Of a stretch of 42,326 nucleotides of DNA, positions 24,567 to 33,414 are shown piece by piece. The notes under the pieces are model-generated. The model was not told where the DNA came from. It was given only the letters and a program-made list of their open reading frames with translations, and made no database searches. The stretch spans positions 1-42,326 of the forward strand of contig CAYZKG010000004.1 of the NCBI GenBank assembly GCA_964478915.1, written 5' to 3'. Position numbers and translations under genes: made by a program. This DNA is from an uncultured Nitrospira sp. Lineage in GTDB: Bacteria; Nitrospirota; Nitrospiria; Nitrospirales; Nitrospiraceae. How positions within the stretch are numbered: position 1 is the first letter of the stretch; each line of letters begins with the position of its first letter.

Positions 24567-25631
24567 ATGAGGCACACATTATTCTTCCTCATCATGATCC
24601 TTACGGCAGGAATCGAGCAGGCTGAAGCACGCCGCGACATGTTTACCCCCGAGCAGAAAAGTCGGCTCCAGAAGGCCGATCGGATCCTGATGGAGGTGGT
24701 GGCCATCATCGACAAGGGGTCCGTGGAACCCGGTCCATTGGCGGATGTCGTGGCCGGCCGGTTGAAAGAGATGGGCTATACGGTCCTCAAGGATCCTGCC
24801 CAGCCGTATGACGTGGAAGTGAAGGTCAAATGCGAGCAGCGCAAGGTGTGGGAAGGCACCACGCCGTCCGGCGGCGATGCTGACCTGCCGGATTCGCCGT
24901 CTCGGGTATGGAAGGGACCGGCCTGTCAGGTCCTCTATCTCCTTGGCGGCAGGAAAATGGGCTGGCAGAAGGAGGTCCGGACGGAGTTCATCGACGCAGC
25001 GAAGGCTGCGGAAGCGGCCAAAGCCGACGATCCCGGCGCCTATGCCATGAGCAAGCTGAAGGAGCGGCTGGAGCAGTATGATTTTCCGGTTCTTCTCACG
25101 GCTGAATGGGGGCAGGAAGAACGGCTCCTGAAAACGTTGGACACTGCGGACCAGGCCCGCAAGTTGAAGATCATCGGGCTCTTTGGTGAGATGCTGGCCG
25201 CCAAGGCGGTCCCGCGGCTGATGAGCCTGATCAAGGATCCCGACCTCGCGATCGCCAAGGCGGCCGTGGTTGCCTTGGGCAACATCGGGCAGCGAGACAC
25301 GATCCCGGTGCTGGTGGACTTGTTGAAGACGGGAAAGCCAGAGCTTCAGGCCGCCGCCGCCAAGGGGTTGGGGCAGATCGGCGCCTTGAACGGCGAGTTT
25401 TCCATCATTCCGCCGTTGATCGATGCGTTGCAAGCTCCGGACGTCACCGTGAAGACCGAGGCAGCCTGGGCTCTGGGCAAGCTGCCGGACAGGCGGTCTT
25501 ATCAACCGCTCTATGCGCTCTATCAGTCGATCCAGGGAATCCGGGCGACCGATGATCCGAAAATGAAGGAGCTGAAAAGCGCCGTCAACTGGAGTCTCAA
25601 GAACGTGGACCTCTATGATCAAATTAACTGA
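24567..25631 (+). CDS. Exported protein with C-terminal HEAT/PBS-lyase-like repeats
   Basis: 354 aa. AGGAGG lies 6 nt upstream. The signal peptide is MRHTLFFLIMILTAGIEQAEA. The C-terminal half shows repeated ..AVPRLMSLIKDPDLAIAKAAVVALGNIG.. / ..IPVLVDLLKTGKPELQAAAAKGLGQIG.. / ..PPLIDALQAPDVTVKTEAAWALGKL.. units. Confidence 0.7.
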   Translation: MRHTLFFLIMILTAGIEQAEARRDMFTPEQKSRLQKADRILMEVVAIIDKGSVEPGPLADVVAGRLKEMGYTVLKDPAQPYDVEVKVKCEQRKVWEGTTPSGGDADLPDSPSRVWKGPACQVLYLLGGRKMGWQKEVRTEFIDAAKAAEAAKADDPGAYAMSKLKERLEQYDFPVLLTAEWGQEERLLKTLDTADQARKLKIIGLFGEMLAAKAVPRLMSLIKDPDLAIAKAAVVALGNIGQRDTIPVLVDLLKTGKPELQAAAAKGLGQIGALNGEFSIIPPLIDALQAPDVTVKTEAAWALGKLPDRRSYQPLYALYQSIQGIRATDDPKMKELKSAVNWSLKNVDLYDQIN

Positions 25632-25688
25632 GTCTCTGCCGATCGAGACGAGCCAAGACCGAGTGAGATTTTCGGCTTCGACCAGGGC

Positions 25689-25795
25689 ACCCGTTGCTCC
25701 GGGAGATGCAACGGGTACCCGGCCAGGGATTACATAGGCCTGTCTGATGGGTTAGCGAGTATGGGGGGCACCCATTGCAGCACGGAGCAATGGGT
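25689..25795. repeat. Two REP-like palindromic elements (ACCCRTTGC-loop-GCAAYGGGT) between the convergent HEAT-repeat gene and gpmA
   Basis: 25689-25716: ACCCGTTGC tccgggagat GCAACGGGT. 25770-25795: ACCCATTGC agcacgga GCAATGGGT. Both are flanked by GGGC on the left and by (A)CCCGG on the right. Confidence 0.7.
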
Positions 25796-25823
25796 CCCGG
25801 ACCGTCGGCGCGATCTCAACGAG

Positions 25824-26429
25824 CTAAAGATACCGGTGGGATACCGGCATGCCGGTTGCGTCGAATTCGTAGTAGAGCGGGGCGCCCGTGGGGATATTCA
25901 GCTCCAGGACCTCCTGCGGAGAGAGCCGATCAAGATGCATGACCAGGGCACGCAGGCTGTTCCCGTGAGCGGAAACCAGCACGGTCCGCCCGGCCAGGAG
26001 ATGAGGTCTGATGCGGGCTTCATAATAGGGAAGCACCCGCTCGGCGGTATCCTTGAGGCTCTCGCCGCCGGGGGGCCGGATGTCGTAGCTCCGTCGCCAG
26101 AGTTTCACCTGATGCTCCCCGTATTTCTTGATGGTCTCGGCCTTGTTCAGGCCTTGCAGGTCGCCATACCGGCGCTCATTGAGGGCCTGATCCTTTTCGA
26201 TGGGGATGTCGGTCTGGTGGATCACCTCAAGGACGATGCGGAGGGTGTCGATCGCCCGCTTCAGCACCGAGGTGAACGCGCGGTCGAACCGGAACCCGGT
26301 CAGCTTCTCACCAGCCCGTCTGGCCTCCTCTTCTCCGACCGGCGACAGCGGCACATCCACCCATCCGGTAAAGCGATTCTCGAGATTCCACTGCGACTCC
26401 CCATGCCGGAGCAAGACCAGGCGTGACAT
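25824..26429 (-). CDS. gpmA: 2,3-bisphosphoglycerate-dependent phosphoglycerate mutase
   Basis: MSRLVLLRHGESQWNLENRFTGWVDVPLS..., with the RHGE catalytic motif and ..SAHGNSLRAL... The start is taken at the Met preceded by GAGGAGG. The track ORF extends a further 24 codons. Confidence 0.9.
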   Translation of the reverse strand: MSRLVLLRHGESQWNLENRFTGWVDVPLSPVGEEEARRAGEKLTGFRFDRAFTSVLKRAIDTLRIVLEVIHQTDIPIEKDQALNERRYGDLQGLNKAETIKKYGEHQVKLWRRSYDIRPPGGESLKDTAERVLPYYEARIRPHLLAGRTVLVSAHGNSLRALVMHLDRLSPQEVLELNIPTGAPLYYEFDATGMPVSHRYL

Positions 26430-26587
26430 GTTCTGAATTCCTCCTCGTTTCTCTATCGCCGAACGGTCTCCTACCATGCGGCAGCGGGCGATCCACAGCA
26501 AGCCCCGCCGCCCCAGGCTTCTTGCAATCCCTGGAGGCAGACGGTACCATCAGGCCGCAGCGTACTGATGCAGGCTGTGGCCCTGAG

Positions 26588-27433
26588 ATGGCGGAGCACC
26601 CTCAGCAGAAGCCCCTTGAAGAGCAACCCTGGCTCGATCTCGAGCAGTGGTGGGTCGAGATGGCTCAGCGCCTGGGCGTCGGGGACCAGTGCCGGCTGTT
26701 CTTCAAAAACGCCGGGGGCCAGGGCGGCATCCTGGAGCGGCTGTTTCACGCCCACGGCGACGTCCACTACATCCTCTTTGTGCTCCTTCGTTATTGGATC
26801 CCTCCGGTGCTTCCCCCGCCCGGCCGCGTCCGGATGTCAAAAAACGATCCGGACTACTGGCTGGAATCGGAGCAGATTCTCAAAGCGGCTGTCGACCGAT
26901 TGCGAGAGTTGAAGCCGCTCATCGACCTCCTCAGCACCAGAAATCCCTTTGCACCGGAGGCGCCGTCTGAAAGCCCCGTGGTCGAAGTGGAATTGGCCAA
27001 TATGCTGGAGGGCATCGCCAAGATCGCCGGCAGCTACGGCGGGCCCGACTACAGCTCCATCATTAAAAACTTCGATCCGGTGCCGCTTCGCCAGACACAG
27101 CCGTTCAAGCACAACAAAAAGAACAGCGCCGAGCTGTGGGTCGTCTTCCTGCTCCGCGAGCATTTTCGCGCGCTGGGAATCGGAAAGGACCGGTATTGGC
27201 CGCTGATCGCCGATGTGATCTCGGCATCGGGCATCCACCAGCACAGCGGGCAGCCGTACGCCTCCGATGAGCTGAAATCCTGGTGGCTCAAGAATTGGCC
27301 GCGCACCTATACGCTTCTCGAGCAACGGGGCACGCCCGCCGACTCGGCTGATGCCTACCAGAGCGACTTCGAATGGTTTCGCACCTGGTTCGCGTGGCAG
27401 ATGTCTCGCTCGACCAATCCCGGGCCTCAATGA
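26588..27433 (+). CDS. Hypothetical protein, Trp-rich, no family recognised
   Basis: The frame has high GC3 like neighbouring genes, and the opposite-strand ORF looks like a shadow. The start is uncertain. ATG 26588 (MAEHPQQKPLEEQPW) was chosen because the track start at 26423 would overlap the divergent gpmA start codon. Confidence 0.55.
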   Translation: MAEHPQQKPLEEQPWLDLEQWWVEMAQRLGVGDQCRLFFKNAGGQGGILERLFHAHGDVHYILFVLLRYWIPPVLPPPGRVRMSKNDPDYWLESEQILKAAVDRLRELKPLIDLLSTRNPFAPEAPSESPVVEVELANMLEGIAKIAGSYGGPDYSSIIKNFDPVPLRQTQPFKHNKKNSAELWVVFLLREHFRALGIGKDRYWPLIADVISASGIHQHSGQPYASDELKSWWLKNWPRTYTLLEQRGTPADSADAYQSDFEWFRTWFAWQMSRSTNPGPQ

Positions 27434-27450
27434 GCCGGTCAACGGCGTGA

Positions 27451-28101
27451 TCAAAAAAATCGGCCTGGTACCGGCGACCCCTTCTTAAATTTCTCTCCCT
27501 GGGGCTCTTCCCGCAAGCCGGCCAGCACGGCCATGAGCAGCAGGATGTGCAGCGCCACGCCGAGCCAGATGACGTAGGGCTGCACGCCGCCGAGGTCCCG
27601 CAACAGCCGCTCCCGGGCGGAGCCGTCGAGTCCTCCTTGGGCTCGGATCCCGGCCAGATGTTCCTTCACGTGCCAGAAGTAAATGTAGTTCGCGCTGGCC
27701 CCGGCCATGATCCGCCAGACCACACCGACCGTGAAATCACCGGTGAGGTACACCGAGAGCACGGGCCCCACGGCGTAGATGAACGCATAGAGGTACATCT
27801 TGCGGTACAAGAACCAGAGGAACGGATCGAAGAGAAAGGCCGGCCAGTGCCACGTCAACGCAAACCGGGGCTGGGCGGTGCTTGAGAACTTGCGAAAATG
27901 CTCCAGGTACCGATTCTCGGCGGACTCAAATGAGATCCCGCGTTTCAATGACAGGAAGAGGGACTTGCTGGGGCCGATGAACGTTCGCCAGAGCTGCGCT
28001 TCATCGAGCGCGGGAGAGGCAGCGGAGAAGGCTGTGCCACAGTGAGAGCAAAAGAGCGCCCCATCGGGATTCTGTTGATCGCATTTCGGGCAGGCTTTCA
28101 T
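27451..28101 (-). CDS. Zinc-ribbon membrane protein (DUF2628-like by pattern)
   Basis: MKACPKCDQQNPDGALFCSHCG is a CxxC..CxxC zinc ribbon. Hydrophobic segments follow (WPAFLFDPFLWFLY, LYAFIYAVGPVLSVYL, VIWLGVALHILLLMAVLAGL). The start is taken at the internal Met with AAGGGCGG upstream. Confidence 0.6.
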   Translation of the reverse strand: MKACPKCDQQNPDGALFCSHCGTAFSAASPALDEAQLWRTFIGPSKSLFLSLKRGISFESAENRYLEHFRKFSSTAQPRFALTWHWPAFLFDPFLWFLYRKMYLYAFIYAVGPVLSVYLTGDFTVGVVWRIMAGASANYIYFWHVKEHLAGIRAQGGLDGSARERLLRDLGGVQPYVIWLGVALHILLLMAVLAGLREEPQGEKFKKGSPVPGRFF

Positions 28102-28261
28102 CGATACCGCCCTTATAGCATTGTCGCCGGAGGGCCACAAGTACGCCGGTGGGGAGATTTCGCAAGCGATGAGGGAAGATAGGGAGCCCGCATCGGCCGG
28201 TTGCTGTTGCGAAAAAGACCGCCACTGTGCTACGTTCCGTAAATTCTATTGAGGCGGATCC

Positions 28262-29455
28262 ATGCTGACGGAAATCCTGCGCCAAGAGGCCGAACGCTAC
28301 CTGATGAACACGTATGCCCGTGCCCCGATCTCGATCGCGCGGGGACGGGGCAGCCGCGTCTACGATCTTGAGGGCCGGGAGTATCTCGACTTCGTCTCCG
28401 GCATTGCCGTGACGGTGCTGGGCCATGCACACCCGGACATCGTCGCGGCCATCCAGAAGCAGGCGCAGCAGTTGCTGCACGCATCGAATCTGTACCACAC
28501 CGAGCCCCAAGTCCGGCTGGCTCGGACGCTCGTGGAGCATTCATTCGCCGACAAGGTGTTTTTCTGCAACAGCGGTGCGGAAGCGAACGAGGCGGCGATC
28601 AAGCTGGTCCGTCGGTATGCGCATCAGCGCTACGGGGCCGGGCGCCATCAGATCATCACGATGCTGAACTCGTTCCACGGCCGGACGATGGCCACGCTCA
28701 CCGCCACCGGGCAGGAGAAGGTTCAGAAAGGGTATGAGCCGCTCCTCGCCGGCTTTACGTACGTGCCGTTCAACGATCTGGATGCAGTGACGAAGGCGAT
28801 TACGTCGGAGACCGCTGCGGTGATGCTGGAACCCATCCAGGGCGAAGGCGGGGTTCGCGTGGCCGATTGGACCTATCTCGCCCGGCTCCGGGAGCTGTGC
28901 ACGGAACGAGGGCTGTTGCTGGTGTTCGATGAGGTCCAGACCGGGGTCGGGCGAACCGGGACGCTCTTTGCCTACGAGCAGATGGGGGTCGAGCCGGATA
29001 TCCTGACCTTGGCCAAGGGCCTGGGCGGGGGACTCCCGATCGGTGCCTGTCTGGCGACCGACGAAGTGTCCAGCGCCTTCACCCCGGGCTCGCACGCCTC
29101 GACCTTTGGCGGAAATCCCGTTGCCTGTGCCGCCGCATCGACGGTTCTCCACGTGCTGGTGGAGGGGCGCCTGCTGGAGCGGAGCCGCCGCATGGGAGAG
29201 TATCTGGCCAAGGGGTTGCAGGAGTGCAAAGATCAGATCCCGATCGTGCGCGAGGTAAGGGGGCTGGGGCTCCTGCAGGGCATGGAGTTGACCGTCGACG
29301 GCCATTCGGTCGTCAGTGACTGCCTGGCTCGCGGCGTCCTGCTGAACTGCACCGCGGATCGGGTGTTGCGGTTCCTTCCGCCTCTCATCATTACCCAGTC
29401 CGAGATTGACCGGCTTCTCGAGATTCTCACACAGGTCCTGAACAAGCGGATCTAG
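28262..29455 (+). CDS. argD: Acetylornithine aminotransferase (class III PLP aminotransferase)
   Basis: 397 aa. YLMNTYARAPISIARGRGSRVYDLEGREYLDF.SGIAV..LGH.HP...FFCNSGAEANEAAIKL...DEVQTG.GRTG...LAKGLGGG.P. Confidence 0.92.
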   Translation: MLTEILRQEAERYLMNTYARAPISIARGRGSRVYDLEGREYLDFVSGIAVTVLGHAHPDIVAAIQKQAQQLLHASNLYHTEPQVRLARTLVEHSFADKVFFCNSGAEANEAAIKLVRRYAHQRYGAGRHQIITMLNSFHGRTMATLTATGQEKVQKGYEPLLAGFTYVPFNDLDAVTKAITSETAAVMLEPIQGEGGVRVADWTYLARLRELCTERGLLLVFDEVQTGVGRTGTLFAYEQMGVEPDILTLAKGLGGGLPIGACLATDEVSSAFTPGSHASTFGGNPVACAAASTVLHVLVEGRLLERSRRMGEYLAKGLQECKDQIPIVREVRGLGLLQGMELTVDGHSVVSDCLARGVLLNCTADRVLRFLPPLIITQSEIDRLLEILTQVLNKRI

Positions 29456-29488
29456 AAGGCCTATTCGAACCGAAGGAGCCGCTGCACC

Positions 29489-30439
29489 ATGTCTGCCAAA
29501 CCCATCCGGAAGGACTTGCTCACGGTCGGAGCGATTCCCCGCGCCGAGGTCGCCCACCTCTTGCGCCTGGCAGCCGACTTGAAGCGCGCCCGGCGGCGGG
29601 CAGTCTTCACGCGGCGGCTGGCCGGCATGACACTGGGCCTCGTGTTCGAGAAGCCGTCCACCCGGACCCGGGTGTCGTTCGAAGCGGCGATGAACCAACT
29701 GGGCGGGCAATCCCTCTTTCTCTCAGCCACCGACATCCAGATGTGCCGCGGGGAGAGCATCGCCGACACCGCTCAGGTGCTGTCCCGGTATCTGGATGGG
29801 CTGGTGATCCGGACCTACGATCAGGCCACCGTCGAGGAATGGGCGCGCCGGGCGACGATCCCGGTGATCAACGGCTTGACCGACCTGTGCCATCCCTGCC
29901 AGGCTCTGTCGGACCTGCTGACCATCCGGGAAAAGAAAGGCAGCTTGAAGGGTGTTCGTCTGGCCTACGTCGGAGACGGCAACAATGTGGCCAACTCCTT
30001 GATCGAGGGTGCCGCCAAGATGGGCATGATCATGAGCCTGGCCTGCCCGAGCGGCTACGAGCCCGATCAGCGGATCGTGGACCTCGCCCGCGTGGAAGCC
30101 GAGCGCACCGGCGCGGACGTCACGATCACCGATGACCCCCAGATCGCCGTGAAGGACGCCGACGTGGTGTACACCGATGTCTGGATCAGCATGGGGCGAG
30201 AGAGGGAGCAGGCCCGCCGCCTGAAGGCGCTCGCGCCGTACCAGGTGAACGAGCGCTTGCTGAAGATGGCCCGGCCCGCGGCGATCGTCATGCACTGCCT
30301 GCCGGCGCACCGGGGCCAGGAAATCACGGCGGGGGTCTTGGACGGGCCGCAGTCGGTGGTGCTGGACCAGGCTGAGAATCGGTTGCACATGCAGAAGGCC
30401 ATTCTCCTGGAATTGCTCCAAGGCAAAAGGAAAAAGTAA
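29489..30439 (+). CDS. argF: Ornithine carbamoyltransferase
   Basis: 316 aa with the STRTR, HPCQ, DVW.SMG and HCLPA motifs. Confidence 0.93.
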   Translation: MSAKPIRKDLLTVGAIPRAEVAHLLRLAADLKRARRRAVFTRRLAGMTLGLVFEKPSTRTRVSFEAAMNQLGGQSLFLSATDIQMCRGESIADTAQVLSRYLDGLVIRTYDQATVEEWARRATIPVINGLTDLCHPCQALSDLLTIREKKGSLKGVRLAYVGDGNNVANSLIEGAAKMGMIMSLACPSGYEPDQRIVDLARVEAERTGADVTITDDPQIAVKDADVVYTDVWISMGREREQARRLKALAPYQVNERLLKMARPAAIVMHCLPAHRGQEITAGVLDGPQSVVLDQAENRLHMQKAILLELLQGKRKK

Positions 30440-30452
30440 AAGGTAAAACCGG

Positions 30453-31673
30453 ATGAGCCGAACGGCGATTAAAAAGGTGGTTCTGGCCTACTCCGGGGGG
30501 CTGGATACCTCGGTCATCCTGAAATGGCTGCAGGAGACCTATGACTGCAAGGTCGTCGCGTTTTGCGCCGATCTTGGACAGGGGGAGGATCTGAGGGCGG
30601 TCAAGGCCAAGGCGCTCGGCATCGGCGCCGCGAAGGTCTATGTCGAGGATCTCCGGGAGGTCTTCGTGAGGGACCACATCTTTCCGATGCTGCGCGGCAA
30701 CGCCGTGTATGAGGGCAGCTATCTGTTGGGAACCGCGATTGCCCGGCCGCTCATCGCTCACCGACAGATCGAACTGGCGCATCAGGAGGGGGCCGACGCG
30801 GTGGCGCACGGTGCCACCGGCAAGGGAAACGACCAGGTCCGCTTCGAGGTGACCTATCTCGCGCTCGACCCCGAGGTGAAGATCATCGCGCCGTGGCGGG
30901 AGTGGGCCTTGCGCTCGCGGCGAGAGCTGATCGAGTATGCCTCGGCCCGCGGCATCCCGGTCACGGCGACCAAGGCGAAGCCGTACAGCACGGATCCGAA
31001 TCTGTTTCACGTGAGCTATGAAGGCGGCATTCTGGAAGATCCGTGGGAAGCCCCGCCGGATGAGATCTTTCAGATGACCGTGTCCCCGGAGAAAGCGCCC
31101 AACAGGGGGCGCGAGATCGAGATCGACTACGAACGGGGGGACCCGGTGGCGGTGGACGGAAAGCGGATGAGCCCGGCCACCCTGCTCGCCCACCTGAACC
31201 GCCTCGGCGGGCAGCACGGGGTGGGTCGGGTGGATCTCGTGGAGAACCGCTATGTGGGCATGAAGTCGCGCGGGGTGTATGAGACCCCAGGCGGCACCAT
31301 TCTCCTCGTCGCCCATCGCGGGTTGGAGTCCATCACGCTGGATCGGGAAGTGCTGCACCTCCGGGACAGCCTGATTCCGCGCTATGCGGAGTTGATTTAT
31401 TATGGGTACTGGTACGCGCCCGAGCGAGAGATGCTCCAGAAGGCCTTCGACGCGGCGCAGCAGGACGTGAGCGGGACCGTCCGCGTCAAGCTGTACAAGG
31501 GCAGCTGCACGGTGACCGGACGCCGCTCCGATCGGTCGCTGTATCGACTGGATCTCGCGACCTTTGAAGAGGACGAGGCGTACCGCCAGCGTGATGCGGA
31601 AGGGTTCATCCGCCTCAATGCCCTTCGGCTGGCGATCCGCGCTCAGCGTCGTACACGCAAGCGTGAAACGTAA
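30453..31673 (+). CDS. argG: Argininosuccinate synthase
   Basis: 406 aa. [13 protein letters not shown]...[15 protein letters not shown]...[17 protein letters not shown]. Confidence 0.95.
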   Translation: MSRTAIKKVVLAYSGGLDTSVILKWLQETYDCKVVAFCADLGQGEDLRAVKAKALGIGAAKVYVEDLREVFVRDHIFPMLRGNAVYEGSYLLGTAIARPLIAHRQIELAHQEGADAVAHGATGKGNDQVRFEVTYLALDPEVKIIAPWREWALRSRRELIEYASARGIPVTATKAKPYSTDPNLFHVSYEGGILEDPWEAPPDEIFQMTVSPEKAPNRGREIEIDYERGDPVAVDGKRMSPATLLAHLNRLGGQHGVGRVDLVENRYVGMKSRGVYETPGGTILLVAHRGLESITLDREVLHLRDSLIPRYAELIYYGYWYAPEREMLQKAFDAAQQDVSGTVRVKLYKGSCTVTGRRSDRSLYRLDLATFEEDEAYRQRDAEGFIRLNALRLAIRAQRRTRKRET

Positions 31674-31677
31674 ATCG

Positions 31678-33126
31678 ATGAACGCGAGAAAGGGCATCGT
31701 GATGGGGGCCAAAGCAAAGCCCAAGGAGGCGCCTCACGTTTCACGGCCCGGCGGGAAGGTCTGGTCCGGGCGGTTTCGAGAGCGCACCAGCCGCACGGTC
31801 GAGCGGTTCACCACATCGGTGCCGTTCGATCGCCGGCTGTACCAACAGGATATCGAGGGCAGCATCGCCCATTGTCGGACGCTCAAGCGGGCCGGCGTGC
31901 TGACCGCGCGGGAAGCCGCGATGCTGATTCGCACGTTGGAAGAGGTGCACGTCGAGCTGGACAGCAGCCGCTTTGCGTTCGCGCCCGAGGATGAAGACAT
32001 TCACACGGCGGTCGAGCGACGCGTGACCGAACTGGTGGGGCCGCTCGGCGGGAAGCTCCACACGGGTCGGAGCCGGAACGACCAAGTGGCGTTGGACCTC
32101 CGGCTGTACGTGCGAGCGGAGCTCACCGTCCTGTTGGATGGGGTGCGGCGCCTGCAGCAGGTCCTGGTCGAGCAGGCCCGGGCCCATCTCGACGTGGTGA
32201 TGCCGGGCTATACGCACCTGCAGCGGGCGCAGCCGATTCTGTTCGCCCATCACCTGCTCGCGTACGTGGAGATGCTGGAGCGCGACAAGGGGCGGTTGCG
32301 GGATGCCCGCAGCCGCGCGGATGAGATGCCGCTCGGCGCCGGCGCGGTGGCCGGAACGAACTATCCGCTGGACCGGGCCTACACCGCCAAGCTCCTGGGG
32401 TTTGCAAGCGTGAGCAAGAACAGCGTGGACGCGGTGGCCGACCGGGATTTTGCGGTCGAGGCCCTGGCGGCGCTGGCCATCATCATGATGCATCTGTCGC
32501 GGTTGAGCGAGGAGCTGGTCCTGTGGTCTTCGCAAGAATTTCAGTTCGTGGAGCTGCCGGACGCGTTTTGTACCGGCAGCAGCATGATGCCGCAGAAGAA
32601 GAATCCGGATGTGCCGGAGCTGGTCCGGGGGAAAACCGGGCGGGTGTACGGAGCTCTCTTCGCGCTGCTGACCACGCTCAAGGGGCTGCCCCTGAGCTAT
32701 AACCGAGACCTGCAAGAGGACAAGGAAGCGCTGTTCGACGCGCTCGACACGGTTGCTGCCTGTCTGGAGGTCTCGGCTGCGCTGTTCAAGGGGCTCACGG
32801 TGAATCGCGCCGCTTTGTCCCGAGCCGCGGAGTCTGGCTATCTCCTGGCCACCGAGCTGGCCGATTATCTCGTGACCAAAGGCGTGCCGTTCCGGGAGGC
32901 CCACGAGATCATCGGGCGGCTCGTGCGGACGTGCCTGGAGGCGCACCGCGGGCTTCGGGATCTGACGCTGGCCGATCTGCGACGGTTCTCAGACCGCTTC
33001 GACAAGGACGCGCTGGACGTCCTGACGGTGGAAGGGGCCATCGAGCGGAAGTCCCAGATCGGCGGGACGGCCCGAAAGCGCGTGGAGGCCCGGATCAAGG
33101 CCTTGGCGAAGGCACTGGTCTCATGA
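31678..33126 (+). CDS. argH: Argininosuccinate lyase
   Basis: KVWSGRF...LHTGRSRNDQVALDLRLY...GYTHLQRAQP...GSSMMPQKKNPD. The start is ATG 31678 or 31702. The track ORF start at 31564 lies inside argG. Confidence 0.9.
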   Translation: MNARKGIVMGAKAKPKEAPHVSRPGGKVWSGRFRERTSRTVERFTTSVPFDRRLYQQDIEGSIAHCRTLKRAGVLTAREAAMLIRTLEEVHVELDSSRFAFAPEDEDIHTAVERRVTELVGPLGGKLHTGRSRNDQVALDLRLYVRAELTVLLDGVRRLQQVLVEQARAHLDVVMPGYTHLQRAQPILFAHHLLAYVEMLERDKGRLRDARSRADEMPLGAGAVAGTNYPLDRAYTAKLLGFASVSKNSVDAVADRDFAVEALAALAIIMMHLSRLSEELVLWSSQEFQFVELPDAFCTGSSMMPQKKNPDVPELVRGKTGRVYGALFALLTTLKGLPLSYNRDLQEDKEALFDALDTVAACLEVSAALFKGLTVNRAALSRAAESGYLLATELADYLVTKGVPFREAHEIIGRLVRTCLEAHRGLRDLTLADLRRFSDRFDKDALDVLTVEGAIERKSQIGGTARKRVEARIKALAKALVS

Positions 33127-33368
33127 CCGCCGTCGGGCTCGCAGCGCTCCTGGCCTTGTCGTTGTGGCTCGAGGGGTGCGGGAATGTCGGCCCCCCGATC
33201 CCTCCGGAAAGCATCGGCGTGGCCGCGAAATTGAAGAAGGAGCAGCTCAAGAAGGAACAAGAAAAGGCAGCGCCGGGCGAGCTAGGCCGAGAGGGCCAAC
33301 CGCCGGAGGCCCAGGCGCCGCCTGAAGAAGAAGCACTGCCGGAGTTTCGACCGATCGGCACCCGGTGA
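33123..33368 (+). CDS. Small putative lipoprotein
   Basis: It forms an ATGA overlap with the argH stop. MTAVGLAALLALSLWLEGCGN has a signal peptide and a lipobox-like LEGC (the Glu at -2 is atypical). A Lys/Glu/Pro-rich tail follows. Confidence 0.5.
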   Translation: MTAVGLAALLALSLWLEGCGNVGPPIPPESIGVAAKLKKEQLKKEQEKAAPGELGREGQPPEAQAPPEEEALPEFRPIGTR

Positions 33369-33414
33369 ACGCGAACCGAACGCAAATCGAGGATCGTCAT
33401 CGAGGAGGACTGTG

